Below are positions 52,992 through 64,000 of a DNA stretch of 64,000 nt, piece by piece. The translations under genes and the position numbers were made by a program. The stretch's first letter is position 1; each line of letters opens with the position of its first letter. The DNA is taken from positions 1,920,001-1,984,000 of the forward strand of contig NZ_JAQNDL010000002.1 of the NCBI RefSeq assembly GCF_028368995.1, read 5' to 3'. This stretch comes from Nannocystis bainbridge (GTDB lineage: Bacteria; Myxococcota_A; Polyangia; Nannocystales; Nannocystaceae). The notes under the pieces were generated by a model that was given only the letters and a program-made list of their open reading frames with translations, did no database searches and was not told where the DNA came from.

Positions 52992-55088
52992 ATGCGGCTT
53001 ATCCACGCGCCTGCGCTTGCGACCCTCCTCTTGAATGCGGCGTGTCCGGCCGGCGGCGGCGACACCGATGCCACCGCCACCGATGGCCCCGCCACCGACG
53101 CCACCGATGGCACCGACGCCACCAGCAACGGCAGCGCGCCGACCGAGGCCGGCAGCGAGGCCACCTCGCAGCCGACCACGATGAGCGACCCGACTGACAC
53201 CGGCGTCGGCCCCACCACCGAGGGCGGTGACGGCAACCTCGAGGTCACCATCGTCGGCGACGGCAGCGTCACCGCCGATCCGCCCGGCCAGACCTGCAGC
53301 GAGGCCGCCTGCGCCTTCGAAGTGCCCGCGGGCCCCGTCGCGTTGACCGCCGCCGCGGACGCCGGCAGCCGCTTCGCCGGCTGGTCGGGCGACTGCAGCG
53401 GCACCGACCTCATGACCGAGGTCGTGCTCGAGACCACCGCCAGCTGCACCGCCACCTTCGAGTCGCTGCCCGAGGGCGCGCTGCCGGCCAGCATCGCCGC
53501 CAGCCGCGAGATCGTGCGCGTCCCGGCCGACGACGCCCCCGCGAGCGACAGCGAGACGACGCTGACGATCACCACCGCGGCCCTGCTGACCGGCGTGCAC
53601 TGGACCGTGCTCGCGGCCGACGACGGCAGCGAGATCGCCAGCGCCGACGGCCTCGAGTACGTCTTCACCTGCCCCGACGGCCGCCGCGACTACGACGTCC
53701 GCGCCACCCTCACCGACGGCCAGGTCCAGAGCACCCTGTTCGAGCGCCGGCTCGTCACCTGCGTCCCGCCGCGCAGCGACGCCGGCCGCACCGTCCACAC
53801 CGCCGACATCGGCACGGCCTCGTACTTCCAGAACGGTGAGATCGGCGGCGTCAAGGTCCAGCCGGGCGACCTCGTGCGGATCTCCGGCCAGGCGAACAGC
53901 GACTTCGCCTTCTTCAACTTCCAGGGCACCGCCGACGCGCCGATCCACATCATCAACGACGGCGCCGTCCGCAACGACGACACCAGCTGGCTGATGCACC
54001 TCATCAACTGTCAGCACGTCATCATCGACGGCAAGGGCAGCGACGACGTCGAATACGGCTTCACCCTCACCAACACCGGCGCCGGCGGCCAGGCCGTGTT
54101 CGTCCGCAATTACACGCAGGGCAGCAACACCAGCGCCGGCTCGACCGACATCGAGATCTTCGGCGTCGAGATCGCCGACGGCCCCGACAGCGGCTTTCGC
54201 ATCTGGAACGGCGGCAGCGACGAGTTCAACGCCGACAACTGGACCTTCGAGGACCTCCGGCTGCACCACAACTTCGTCCACGACGTCCTCGCCGAGGGCT
54301 TCTACGTCGGCTACTTCACCGACAGCGTCGATTTGCAGCCGCCGTCCTACCCGATCGTCGACGCCAAGGTCTACCGCAACCGGGTCGAGGACGCCGGCTG
54401 GGACGGCATGCAGTTCGGCTCGTGTCGCGGCGGCCTCGAGGTCCACGACAACCTCGTCACCGGCTCGGGCCACGCCGATGAGCCCAACCAGCGCTCCTCC
54501 TTGCAGTGGAACCCCGGCAACAGCGGCGCGCTCTACAACAACCGCTTCATCGGCGGCGTGGGCGTCGATCTCCAGGTCGGCTGCACGGGCGGCGACACCA
54601 AGATCTTCAGCAACGTGTTCGTCCACAGCGACGCTGGCTTCTACCTCCACGCCGGCCAGGCCGACGCGCCGCGCTACTGGCTGTTCGCCAACAGCGTCGC
54701 CGCGCCGAACGCCGTCGGCCTGCGCATCAACATGAACAGCGCCCCCGGCAACTGCGCCGCCGCGGCCCCGATCAGCGAGATGCACTACGCCAGCAACCTG
54801 ATCGTCGGACCCGCCGCCGAATCGTGGGAGTTCGCGGCCGGCGACGCCGACACTGCCAGCTGGACGCTGGAGCCCAACCTCGCATCCGACGATCTGGCCG
54901 GCCTCTGCCTCGACGACGAGCTGGCGCCGACCTGCGAGTCCTCGCCCGCGCTCGCCGGCGGCGGGGCCGCGCTCGCCGACCTCGGCCTCACCGCCGCCGA
55001 TCTCCCGGGCGGTCACTTCGTCGACATCGACGGCCGCGTGCTCGCCGGCCCGAGCAACTTCGGCGCTCATCAGGCCGCCGGCCAATGA
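52992..55088 (+). CDS. Lipoprotein with InlB-B-repeat-like domain and right-handed beta-helix
   Basis: NAAC lipobox; GDGSVT...SRFAGWSGDC...TATF; repeated HHNFVHD/YRNRVED/HDNLVT/YNNRF/FSNVF coils. Confidence 0.8.
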   Translation: MRLIHAPALATLLLNAACPAGGGDTDATATDGPATDATDGTDATSNGSAPTEAGSEATSQPTTMSDPTDTGVGPTTEGGDGNLEVTIVGDGSVTADPPGQTCSEAACAFEVPAGPVALTAAADAGSRFAGWSGDCSGTDLMTEVVLETTASCTATFESLPEGALPASIAASREIVRVPADDAPASDSETTLTITTAALLTGVHWTVLAADDGSEIASADGLEYVFTCPDGRRDYDVRATLTDGQVQSTLFERRLVTCVPPRSDAGRTVHTADIGTASYFQNGEIGGVKVQPGDLVRISGQANSDFAFFNFQGTADAPIHIINDGAVRNDDTSWLMHLINCQHVIIDGKGSDDVEYGFTLTNTGAGGQAVFVRNYTQGSNTSAGSTDIEIFGVEIADGPDSGFRIWNGGSDEFNADNWTFEDLRLHHNFVHDVLAEGFYVGYFTDSVDLQPPSYPIVDAKVYRNRVEDAGWDGMQFGSCRGGLEVHDNLVTGSGHADEPNQRSSLQWNPGNSGALYNNRFIGGVGVDLQVGCTGGDTKIFSNVFVHSDAGFYLHAGQADAPRYWLFANSVAAPNAVGLRINMNSAPGNCAAAAPISEMHYASNLIVGPAAESWEFAAGDADTASWTLEPNLASDDLAGLCLDDELAPTCESSPALAGGGAALADLGLTAADLPGGHFVDIDGRVLAGPSNFGAHQAAGQ

Positions 55089-55251
55089 CCATTCGCGAAT
55101 GTCGACACCGTCCGCGCTGACGGACGGGGCAAACTCGCGCCGCCGATGATTGGCCCTCCGGCGGGCCCTGGCGCGCACGATCGCGCCACCCCGCGGCGGC
55201 CTCCCCGCGGCCGGTTTACGGTCTTCCCTCGAGTGAGGCATCCTGGAGGCC

Positions 55252-56085
55252 GTGGAGCCGACGGCAGCCGAGCGCGCGATCGAGTACTACCGGCGGCGGC
55301 TCGACGAGCTCGTGGGCGCGTCGTGCGAGCGCGTGCGAGCGGCCGATCTGCCGTTTTACCGGGTGCTCCCGCTCGCGGCCATGCAGGCCTCGGTCAAGCG
55401 CGTGTTCGAGGCCGTCGGCGCCGACCTCGAGCGCGACGAGCCGCAGGACTACCCCGCGATCCTCTCGGCGCTCGGGATCCAGCGGGCCTCGATGGGCGTC
55501 TCGGTGACCGAGATTACCCTCGGCATGCACTTCGGCTTCGAGGTCGTGTCCGAGGCGTTCGCCGCCGACTTCGCCGCCGACCCCGAAGCCCTGCTGTTCT
55601 GGGAGCGCAAGCGCGGCCGGATCGCCTACGCCGGCGTGGCCGCGCTGGCCGACGCCTACCTCGTCGCCCGCGAGAAGCTGATCCGCAGCCAGGCCGACGA
55701 GATCCTGACGCTCTCCGCCCAGGTCCTGCCGCTCCACCCCGGCGTCCTCGTGTGCCCGCTGCTCGGCCGCCTCGATCGTGAGCGCGCCGAGGCGCTCACC
55801 GCCGCCGTGCTGACCGCCGTGGTCCGCCACGGCTCGCGCGTCGTCGTGCTCGACCTGTCCGGCGTCCCCGCCGTCGACGCCGAGATGGCCGGTCACCTCG
55901 TCGGCGCCGCCCGGGCCGTCGGCCTGCTCGGCGCGCGCCCGCTGCTGGTCGGTCTCGCCCCCGGCGTGGCCCAGGCCATCGTCGCCGGCGGCCTCGATTT
56001 CGCCGGCATCCCCACCCTGGGCGACCTCGCAAGCGGCCTGACTCATGCCCTGGCGCTGCTCGGCAAGCGCATCGTCGACGCCTGA
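55252..56085 (+). CDS. RsbR-like STAS domain protein
   Basis: LSAQVLPLHPGVLVCPLLGRLD, VVLDLSGVPAVD, LLGARPLLVGL. Confidence 0.9.
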   Translation: MEPTAAERAIEYYRRRLDELVGASCERVRAADLPFYRVLPLAAMQASVKRVFEAVGADLERDEPQDYPAILSALGIQRASMGVSVTEITLGMHFGFEVVSEAFAADFAADPEALLFWERKRGRIAYAGVAALADAYLVAREKLIRSQADEILTLSAQVLPLHPGVLVCPLLGRLDRERAEALTAAVLTAVVRHGSRVVVLDLSGVPAVDAEMAGHLVGAARAVGLLGARPLLVGLAPGVAQAIVAGGLDFAGIPTLGDLASGLTHALALLGKRIVDA

Positions 56086-56090
56086 TATCG

Positions 56091-56136
56091 GCTGTCCCTC
56101 GGGACATGTGATTCGCGACATGTCCCTCTAGACATG
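56091..56136. repeat. 14-bp-phased CATG array
   Basis: GCTG 56091, CATG 56105, 56119, 56133; starts 6 bp after the stop. Confidence 0.88.
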
Positions 56137-56306
56137 TCTGATCCGTCGCGTTCACCTCGCGGCCGCGAAAGACGACCGCGATCGAAGCGCGGCAGAGCCA
56201 ATCGAGGCGCCCTCGCTGCGACAGGCGATTTCATGGGTCTCGATGGGAATCGTCGGCGGCACAGCCCTCTTGTCGCGCCGGTGACCGCGACGTAAAAGCA
56301 GGTCGC

Positions 56307-57857
56307 ATGCTCGCGCCGCGCCTCCCCCTCGCGTCTCTGCTCACGCTCCTGGCCGCATGCGGGCGCGACCCGGAGCCTCCGCCCCGGGCGGCCGACGCGA
56401 CCGCGCCCGCGCCGAGCGACCCCCGGCGCGAGCGCTGCACCGCCGTCGCCGAGGAGTCGGCCCGCCTCGGCAAGATCACCGGCGCCGTGCTCACGGTGGC
56501 GCTCGCGGATCGCCCGGCCGAACGCGACCTCGCGGGCGAGGGAAAAAAGCTCGCGGCCGCCGGCGACGCGATCGGTCGGGAGATGTTCGCCGAGTGCATG
56601 CAGTGGCCCGACGCCGTGATCGCCTGTCTCGGCCCGTTGGACCGCCTCAAGCCCGGCTGCGCCGCCACGCTCGACGCCGCCTTCGGGACCGCCGATGCCG
56701 TGCTGCCGGCGGACATCCCGGCCGGGCCGCCCCCGGCGTGGTCGCTGAAGCTGCCGGCGAAGCCCGAGGCCCTCGCCGTCGCGCCGGACGGCGCCGTGCT
56801 GGCGATCGTCGAGCGCGCGCTGGTCGGCGTCCGCGACGGCGCGATCGCCTGGCAGAAGCTCGACGGGCTGCGACCCTGGGTGCTCGTCACCGCCGGCGTC
56901 GGCGTGGTCGCGCAGCGCGACCGGGTGCTGGCGATCGACCCGTCCAACGGCCGCGAGCTGTGGTCGGTCGCGCTGCCGTCGATCCCCGACGCCGACGAAT
57001 TCGACGATCCTCCCTCCGCCGTGATCGCCGCCGATGCGAGCGACGGCCTGTGGCTCGGCGACAACGCGGCCCGGTTCTTTCGCCTGCACCCGCCCCGTTG
57101 CACCCGCAGCACGGCCAAGCGCGCCGCGCCTGGCTGCCTGGTGGCCGCGGGCGCGCTCGTCGAAGAGACCCTCGACGAGGACGCCCTGCTCAGCGTCACC
57201 GCCGACGGCCGACGCATCCTGCGCGAGTCCGGCGTCGTGCGCATGTTCGACGGCGACGGGGCCAACCTGCTCGACGCCCGCGCCCACGAGCACGGCGCCG
57301 CCTTCACGCTCGGCCCGGCCGGCCTGGCCCTCGTCATCGACAACGACGTCGTCTTGCTCGACCCGGACCGCTGCGGCGGCGACGCCTTCGCGCCCTCGGG
57401 TTGGCCGCAGCCGGGTCAGCTCTTCGCCCGCGAGCTCGACGAGTGCCCCGACTGCCCCGCGCCGCCGCCGGGCTGCCGGCGCTGGCGCCGTTTCGTCGAC
57501 TCCATGGGGAGCGACGCGCCGGCGCTCGGGGACGACGGCACCGCGCTCGTCCACACCCACGACGGGTTCACGCGCGCGCTGCGGCTGGGCGACGAGGCGT
57601 GGAAGACCGCCACCGGCGGCGAGGGCCCGCTGTTGAGCCTCGGCGACCGGGCCCTCGGCGCCAGCACCGGCCTCGCGGAGGGCGACCCGCTGGCGCTCTT
57701 CGAGCTTGCGATCGCCGACGGCAAATACCTGTGGCGCACGCCGCTGCCGGACGCCGGCACGAACGACGTCGACGACGTCGTGCTGCTCGCCGGCCACGGC
57801 TGGCTGATCGCCGGCTTCGACGAGACCCTCGTCGCCCTGCAGCGGCCCTCACCGTGA
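56307..57857 (+). CDS. Lipoprotein with PQQ-like beta-propeller repeats
   Basis: LAAC lipobox; AIDPSNGRELW, DGAIAW, ADGKYLW blade motifs. Confidence 0.78.
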   Translation: MLAPRLPLASLLTLLAACGRDPEPPPRAADATAPAPSDPRRERCTAVAEESARLGKITGAVLTVALADRPAERDLAGEGKKLAAAGDAIGREMFAECMQWPDAVIACLGPLDRLKPGCAATLDAAFGTADAVLPADIPAGPPPAWSLKLPAKPEALAVAPDGAVLAIVERALVGVRDGAIAWQKLDGLRPWVLVTAGVGVVAQRDRVLAIDPSNGRELWSVALPSIPDADEFDDPPSAVIAADASDGLWLGDNAARFFRLHPPRCTRSTAKRAAPGCLVAAGALVEETLDEDALLSVTADGRRILRESGVVRMFDGDGANLLDARAHEHGAAFTLGPAGLALVIDNDVVLLDPDRCGGDAFAPSGWPQPGQLFARELDECPDCPAPPPGCRRWRRFVDSMGSDAPALGDDGTALVHTHDGFTRALRLGDEAWKTATGGEGPLLSLGDRALGASTGLAEGDPLALFELAIADGKYLWRTPLPDAGTNDVDDVVLLAGHGWLIAGFDETLVALQRPSP

Positions 57858-57873
57858 TTCGCGGAGCGATTCA

Positions 57874-57970
57874 CATGTCTAATGGGACATGCTCTGAGAG
57901 ACATATTTCATTCGACATGTCCATCAGACCATTCGTGACATCGAACCGACGGCATGTCCCTCGAGACAGA
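57874..57970. repeat. 14-bp-phased CATG array
   Basis: CATG 57874, 57888, CATA 57902, CATG 57916, CATT 57930; CATG 57953/CAGA 57967; convergent genes. Confidence 0.88.
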
Positions 57971-58079
57971 CGGCCGTCGCCCTCGTGTGCGCAGCGTCCC
58001 GAGTGAGAGCCGCCGCGATCCGCTCGCGTCTCAGAGCAGCATCGGCCCGAGCGGCCGGGCGTGCCCCTGCGACCTCCGC

Positions 58080-59177
58080 TCACGCCCGCCGGCGCCGGCG
58101 CAGCCCCAGCAGCCCGAACAGCGCCAGCCATCCCGCTCCGCCCGTGCCGTCGCTGGCGCACGCGCAGCCCTTCTCGGGCCCGTCTTCACCGCCGGTCGCG
58201 CTGTCCGTCGCATCCGACCCGCCCGTCTCGCTCCCGGCCTCGCCCGTCATCGGCGCCTCGCCGGTCGTCGGCGCCTCGCCGGTCTCGCTCTCTTCGCCCG
58301 TCGTCTCGACCGCCGCCGCGCAGGCGCTGCCCGGGACCGCGTCCGCGTCGCTCCACACCGGCTCGTCCGGCGGCCCCGAACCATCGGGCTGCGGCGCCTC
58401 GTCGGTGCGCACGAAACACGGCGGGCACAGCTCGAACGGCGCCGCCGCGTTGCCGGCCGCGTCGATGGCCACGACCTCGAGGCACACATCGGTGCGCACG
58501 TCGGCCCCGCCGAGTCGGTCGACCGCCAGCGTGATCGGCACGACCGTCGTCGACGAAGGCCCCCGCGCGGTGCGGTGCAGCCCGTGCCCCTCGAACTCGC
58601 CGCCTGGGTCCCACTCCATCACGAACAGGGGCAGCGCCTCGCCGGCCGTCGGCGCCGGTTGCTCGAGGTGCACGTAAAGCGTCTGCTCGATCTCGAATTG
58701 GTCGCAGCCCGACGTCATCGTGTACTGCGCGTGCTCGAACACCGCAAAGAACGACTTCTCGACGTCCGGCGACGGCGCCGTCACGTCACGCGCGCCCGCG
58801 ATGAAGCTGATCGACGCCGGGCAGTTCTCGCCCTCGCCACAGAACTCGCCCGCCACCACCACCGTCTGGCCCGGCTGCGGCTCGGGCTCGACCTTCGCCG
58901 CCAGCGGGGCCAGGCCCGCCGCGAGCGGGGCGTCGACCAGCGCCGCCGGCTCGCCGTCGACCGTCACCGTCACCTTGTCGAGCGTGATGCCGTCGCCCCA
59001 GAACAGCAGCGCCGCGTTGGCCGGATACGTGTCGCCGTCGGCCGGCACGCTCTCGTGGAGCTCCGGCAGCGTCGCCCCGCACGCGTCGGCCAGGCGGGGC
59101 AGCGCAAACAAAAGGGCGCACGTGCTGGCCAGCACGGCGCCCCCCGCGAGTCGGGACCAGGCGTAAGTCGTTCGCAT
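58080..59177 (-). CDS. Surface protein with Ig-like N-terminus and MYXO-CTERM-like tail
   Basis: Signal ...RLADAC; ESVPADGDTYPANA; acidic linker; KGCAC + TM + RRRRA. Confidence 0.8.
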   Translation of the reverse strand: MRTTYAWSRLAGGAVLASTCALLFALPRLADACGATLPELHESVPADGDTYPANAALLFWGDGITLDKVTVTVDGEPAALVDAPLAAGLAPLAAKVEPEPQPGQTVVVAGEFCGEGENCPASISFIAGARDVTAPSPDVEKSFFAVFEHAQYTMTSGCDQFEIEQTLYVHLEQPAPTAGEALPLFVMEWDPGGEFEGHGLHRTARGPSSTTVVPITLAVDRLGGADVRTDVCLEVVAIDAAGNAAAPFELCPPCFVRTDEAPQPDGSGPPDEPVWSDADAVPGSACAAAVETTGEESETGEAPTTGEAPMTGEAGSETGGSDATDSATGGEDGPEKGCACASDGTGGAGWLALFGLLGLRRRRRA

Positions 59178-59362
59178 GGCTGCCCCGCATCCACCATCCG
59201 TGCCGCGCGAACTCGCCTGCGATCTCGAAGACTTCCCATCGTCCGCGGCGCTGGATCCATGGCGTCGCTGTCGGGCCCCGACTTCCGCGCCGCGCGCTGG
59301 TGCCGCGATCCTCGTCCCTTCGCGTCGTCGCCACGATCCAGATCGCCGAGCCTCGCCGATGA

Positions 59363-59519
59363 CCTGTCCTCTCGGACATCTCGATTCATTGTCCCAAAGA
59401 ACATGTCCCTCGAGACATCCATGACCCGGGCTCGGCGCCGCGGCGCCTCGACGACCCATGGACTTCCAAAGCCTCACCCCACCCCGCCGAGATCCGCGGC
59501 ACCTGTCCTCGAGGACATC
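59363..59519. repeat. 14-bp-spaced motif copies
   Basis: CCTG 59363/CATC 59377; ATTG 59388/CATG 59402/CATC 59416; CCTG 59502/CATC 59516. Confidence 0.8.
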
Positions 59520-59623
59520 CCGCCCAGCGCCGCGACCGCCGCGCCGCGCTCCGTGAATTGACGCCCACTTGACTGGTCGACTGCGAGCGGCCCTGCATCT
59601 TCCATACGTAGGGAGACGTACGA

Positions 59624-59875
59624 ATGCAGCGCGAAGGATGGTCGACGTGGATCCTGGCGAGCGCGACGCTCGCAGGTGGTTGTTGTCCTGGCGACCCTCC
59701 GTCGGACGACGGACGGATCCGCCACTGGCTCGCGGCCGGCGAGCAACCGGACGAATCGGACGGCGTCCCGTGCAGCGGCGACGACGAGCGCCGCGCCGGC
59801 TGGCGTGACGACGGCGACGACGAGCCCGAGGTCGTCGACGACCCGTCCTGCGACGGCTTCGAGCGCGCCGAATGA
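59624..59875 (+). CDS. Possible small acidic lipoprotein
   Basis: GGGAGA upstream; WILASATLAGGC lipobox-like; short, no recognisable domain. Confidence 0.4.
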   Translation: MQREGWSTWILASATLAGGCCPGDPPSDDGRIRHWLAAGEQPDESDGVPCSGDDERRAGWRDDGDDEPEVVDDPSCDGFERAE

Positions 59876-59999
59876 CGGGCGCACCGCGCGATCGCGGCGC
59901 GCCCGCGATCGTCCGGACGCGCTGGATCGCCGCCGCTCGCCCTCTGCCTCGCCGATCACGCCGCGAGTGCGACGCGCCGGCCTCGCAAGCCGCACCGCC

Positions 60000-60854
<855 letters not shown>

Positions 60855-60947
60855 GGCGTTCTCCTGCGACGAATCTGGACGCTCGCGGCGCCGCCGAGAA
60901 GCCGGGCAAATTGCCGCTCGTCATGAAGTTCTGCTAAAAAATCGACC

Positions 60948-61862
60948 ATGCCCGACGACCTGTCTGGCCTCACCGCCTTGCTCGTCGTGGCCGAGCGGCG
61001 CAGCTTCACCGCCGCCGCCGCCGAGCTGGGCGTCACGCCCTCCGCGGTCAGCCAGAGTGTGCGCGCCCTGGAGGAGCGCGTCGGCGTACGGCTGCTGCAG
61101 CGCACCACCCGGAGCGTCGGCCTCACCGAGGCCGGCACGCGCTTCCTGGACCGCCTGCGCCCCGCGATGGAGGGCGTGCGCGCGGCCTTCGAGTCGCTCG
61201 ACGAGGTCCGCGGGCGCCCGGCCGGGACCCTGCGGCTCAACATCCCGCGCCTGGCCAGCGAGTGGGTGATCGAGCCGATCCTCGCCTCGTTCCTGGCGGC
61301 CCACCCCGAGATCAAGCTCGACATCACGCTCGATGACGGCATCACCGACATCGTCGCCGGGGGCTTCGACGCCGGCATCCGCGTCGGCGAGATGCTCGAC
61401 CGCGACGTGATCGCGGTCCGCCTCACGGACGACATGCGCATGGCCGTCGTCGGCTCGCCGGCCTACTTCGCCGCCCGCGGCAAGCCCAGGCACCCGCGCG
61501 AGCTCCACGCCCACGACTGCATCAACTACCGCCAGATCCGCAGCGGCGCGCTGTACCGGTGGGAGTTCACCGACGAGGGCCGCGACATCACGCTCGCCGT
61601 CGACGGCCGCCTCACCACCAACGACCAGGACATCATGGCCCGCGCCGCGCGCGACGGCCTCGGCCTCGCCTACCTGTTCGAGCACACCGTCGCCGACGAC
61701 CTGGCCCACAAGCGCCTCGTCCGCATCCTCACCCCGTACTGCCCGCGCTTCCCTGGCCTGTTCCTCTACTACCCGAGCCGCACCCAGACCCCGCCCAAGC
61801 TGCGCGCCCTGGTCGAATTCCTGCGCGCCCGCCGTCGCAAGCGCCCGTCGCCGTCCGCCTGA
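60948..61862 (+). CDS. LysR family transcriptional regulator (CrgA-like)
   Basis: SFTAAAAELGVTPSAVSQSVRALEERVGVRLLQRTTR; GFDAGIR; divergent from the SDR gene. Confidence 0.95.
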   Translation: MPDDLSGLTALLVVAERRSFTAAAAELGVTPSAVSQSVRALEERVGVRLLQRTTRSVGLTEAGTRFLDRLRPAMEGVRAAFESLDEVRGRPAGTLRLNIPRLASEWVIEPILASFLAAHPEIKLDITLDDGITDIVAGGFDAGIRVGEMLDRDVIAVRLTDDMRMAVVGSPAYFAARGKPRHPRELHAHDCINYRQIRSGALYRWEFTDEGRDITLAVDGRLTTNDQDIMARAARDGLGLAYLFEHTVADDLAHKRLVRILTPYCPRFPGLFLYYPSRTQTPPKLRALVEFLRARRRKRPSPSA

Positions 61863-61864
61863 TC

Positions 61865-61948
61865 GCCCGCCACGCAGCGACGCTCATGGACTTCGCCGAG
61901 CATCCGGCCCGCCACGCAGCGACGCTCATGGACTTCGCCGAGCACCCG
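61865..61948. repeat. 42-bp tandem duplication
   Basis: GCCCGCCACGCAGCGACGCTCATGGACTTCGCCGAGCA(T/C)CCG at 61865 and 61907. Confidence 0.9.
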
Positions 61949-62081
61949 GCGCCGTCCTCCTGATCGCTCGCTCCGCGGTGCTCACTGCTTCCGCCGAGCA
62001 CCCGCTTGCTCGCCCGCTGCGCTGCGACGCTCACGGGCTCCGCGTCGAGCGCTCGACTCGCTCGCCCGCGCTGCGTGAAGC

Positions 62082-62411
62082 TCACTGGCTCTGCGGCGGG
62101 CAGCCGTCGCCGTCGGCCCGCCCGTCGCGGACCTCGGGCACGTCGGGGCACTTGTCGAAGCGGTCGGAGATCCCGTCGCCGTCGCGGTCGACCACCGGGC
62201 AGCCGTCGCGCGGCCCGCCGGCCTGATCAGGGCAGGCATCGACCGCGTCGGGCACACGATCGCCGTCCCGATCGCTCGGCGTCGTGACCGGCTTCGGGCG
62301 CGACACCGGCCCGCTCGTAGCATCGAGCGACACCGGCGGCGCCTGCGTGGCGCCGGACTGGGCGCATCCGAACAGCAGGACGGGCAACAGGAGACTGGCA
62401 GCGCGAGCCAT
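62082..62411 (-). CDS. Small lipoprotein with thrombospondin type-3-like Ca-binding repeats
   Basis: LLFGC lipobox; DRDGDRVPDAVDACP, DRDGDGISDRFDKCP, DGCP. Confidence 0.75.
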   Translation of the reverse strand: MARAASLLLPVLLFGCAQSGATQAPPVSLDATSGPVSRPKPVTTPSDRDGDRVPDAVDACPDQAGGPRDGCPVVDRDGDGISDRFDKCPDVPEVRDGRADGDGCPPQSQ

Positions 62412-62517
62412 GCAGTGCCCAGGGTACCACTCCGCCCGCGAGCACGCGAGCACGGCCGCCCAGCGGCCCCGAGGCGCGAACGACGGCCCGCGATGCCCGG
62501 AACAGCCCCACGGGATC

Positions 62518-62880
62518 GCAAGCGAGGCCATCCGTCCCGAAATGCCCGCATCGACTCGCAGCGCACATGCCCGCGCGCGAGGGCCGGCCCGAGGTGCCAG
62601 CAACAGTCGCGTCGAAGCCCAGCTCGCACAGGTCGCAAGCACGGCCATCCGTCCAGAGACCCCCGCATCGACCCGCGGCGCACGCATGCCCGCGCGCGAG
62701 GGTCGGCCGATGGGCCAGCAACGGCCGCATCGCTCGCACTGCTCGCCCAGGACCGCAAGCACGGCCATCCGTCCAGAGCTGCCCGCACGACCCACGGCGT
62801 ACGCATGCACAGGCGGGTCGGCCCGACGTGTCGACAACGGCCGGCCTCGAGTGCGAGCAACGGCGACGCAAGCATCCCCC
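62518..62880. repeat. Degenerate approx. 115-120-bp tandem repeat (3 copies)
   Basis: GCAAGC(A/G)(C/A)GGCCATCCGTCC starts at 62518, 62635, 62755; shared CATGCCCGCGCGCGAGGG and CAAC segments. Confidence 0.8.
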
Positions 62881-63050
62881 GCGAGCGAGGGTCACCTCGC
62901 CCGCGATCGCTCGCTGCGACTCCCGACCTTTATCCCGGACCCCTGGTCTCTCGGCGCCCGCCGCGGCCCCGCACATGCGACGGCAGCAACATCGCCACAG
63001 GACCGGGCCTCTCGAAGGCCGACAGCGGAGTTCCGCTCTTCCCGAAAGAA

Positions 63051-63124
63051 CATGTCCTTTTAACCATGTCCTTTTCGACATGCTCATTTCACCATGCCCT
63101 CGACGACATGCTCTTCACGACATG
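63051..63124. repeat. 14-bp-phased CATG array
   Basis: CATG 63051, 63065, 63079, 63093, 63107, 63121; just 3' of the ankyrin gene. Confidence 0.93.
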
Positions 63125-63158
63125 TCTCAAAGTTTCTACGGTGGCACCCGACGCTGCC

Positions 63159-63989
63159 TCAAGAAGCCAGCCGCAGCCGGCGCGCCAGATCCGGATGCCC
63201 CCCGTGCTCGGCCCAGTCTGCGGCCGTCCCGCCCCAGCGGCCGTCTCGCACGCCCGGGTCGGCCCCGTGGGCCAGCAGCCGCCCGACCACCCCCGCGTGG
63301 CCGCGCCAGGCCGCCTCGTGCAGCGGCGTCCGCGGCGGCTGCCCGCCCGGCCGCACCAGGCGGTCCCCCTCCGCCCCGCAGCCCAGCAGCAGCGCCACCG
63401 AGGAGTGCTGCTCGCGGATGCACGCGTAGGCCAGCGCCTCCGCCAGCACCTCGTGGCCGAGCTCCGGGCTGAGCAGATCGGTCAGCGTATCGATGCGACC
63501 GAGCGCGGCCGCGTGCCGGACATCGACCCTCGCACCGCGCTGGACCAGCTCCTCCGCCGTGTCCGGCGCGAGGTTCAGCAGCGGCTTCGACAACAGATCG
63601 GGATCGGCGAGATCGAGCCGGGCCCCGCCCGCGATCAGCCGATCGATCAGCGCCGGCGCGACCCCGGCCTCGGACGCGCGCCGGCTCGTCAACACCAGCT
63701 CGAGCGTCGCCTGGGCCGCCCACGCCGCGCTGCCGCGGTCGAGCAGCAGCTGCGCGATCTCGACGACCTCGGCCGCCAGCGGCCCTCGGTCCGGGTTGCC
63801 AGCCACGTGGTGCAGCAGCGTCGCCCCGGCGAAATAGCCCGCCTCGTAACCAGCGCCGACGCGGCACCGCATCGCCACCAGCAGGGGGTCGCCGTCGAGC
63901 AGCGACCGCAGTCGATCGATCTCGCCGCCGTCGATCGCCGCCACCGCCGCGCGGAACTTCTCGAGCTGGTTGCTGTTCGCTTCGTGCAT
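63159..63989 (-). CDS. Ankyrin repeat protein
   Basis: ATLLHHVA, TPLHEAAWRGHAGVVGRLLAHGADP, GTAADWAEHGGH. Confidence 0.88.
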   Translation of the reverse strand: MHEANSNQLEKFRAAVAAIDGGEIDRLRSLLDGDPLLVAMRCRVGAGYEAGYFAGATLLHHVAGNPDRGPLAAEVVEIAQLLLDRGSAAWAAQATLELVLTSRRASEAGVAPALIDRLIAGGARLDLADPDLLSKPLLNLAPDTAEELVQRGARVDVRHAAALGRIDTLTDLLSPELGHEVLAEALAYACIREQHSSVALLLGCGAEGDRLVRPGGQPPRTPLHEAAWRGHAGVVGRLLAHGADPGVRDGRWGGTAADWAEHGGHPDLARRLRLAS

Positions 63990-64000
63990 CGGCGAGCTCC

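Noticed and set aside
60921-60940. LysR T-N11-A box
   Set aside because: TGAAGTTCTGCTA fits and is plausibly placed, but the motif is too weak to call without data.

Overview
Very GC-rich bacterial DNA with clear myxobacterial hallmarks: MYXO-CTERM-type C-terminal sorting tails, many Thr-linker/Cys-rich lipoproteins, a Ser/Thr kinase-WD40 fusion and an RsbR-like STAS protein. A Nannocystis-like organism is inferred, not proven. About 55 CDSs can be supported. They include housekeeping genes (trpBA, rlmJ, ygfZ-like, dsbD-like, corC-like, TolC/MlaC), transporters and regulators, and a complete microviridin-type (graspetide) RiPP cluster at 46824-50860 (precursor, two ATP-grasp ligases, ABC transporter). 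No rRNA, tRNA, CRISPR array or transposase was recognised. The strongest unexplained signal is non-coding: a palindromic motif, roughly C(A/C)TGTCC-N4-GGACA(T/G)G. It forms tandem arrays in which CATG recurs at exactly 14-bp intervals (up to 12 nodes) at well over a dozen intergenic sites, mostly just 3' of stop codons and between convergent genes. It also occurs as spaced single copies and inside coding sequences. All product calls come from motif recognition by eye, without database searches.
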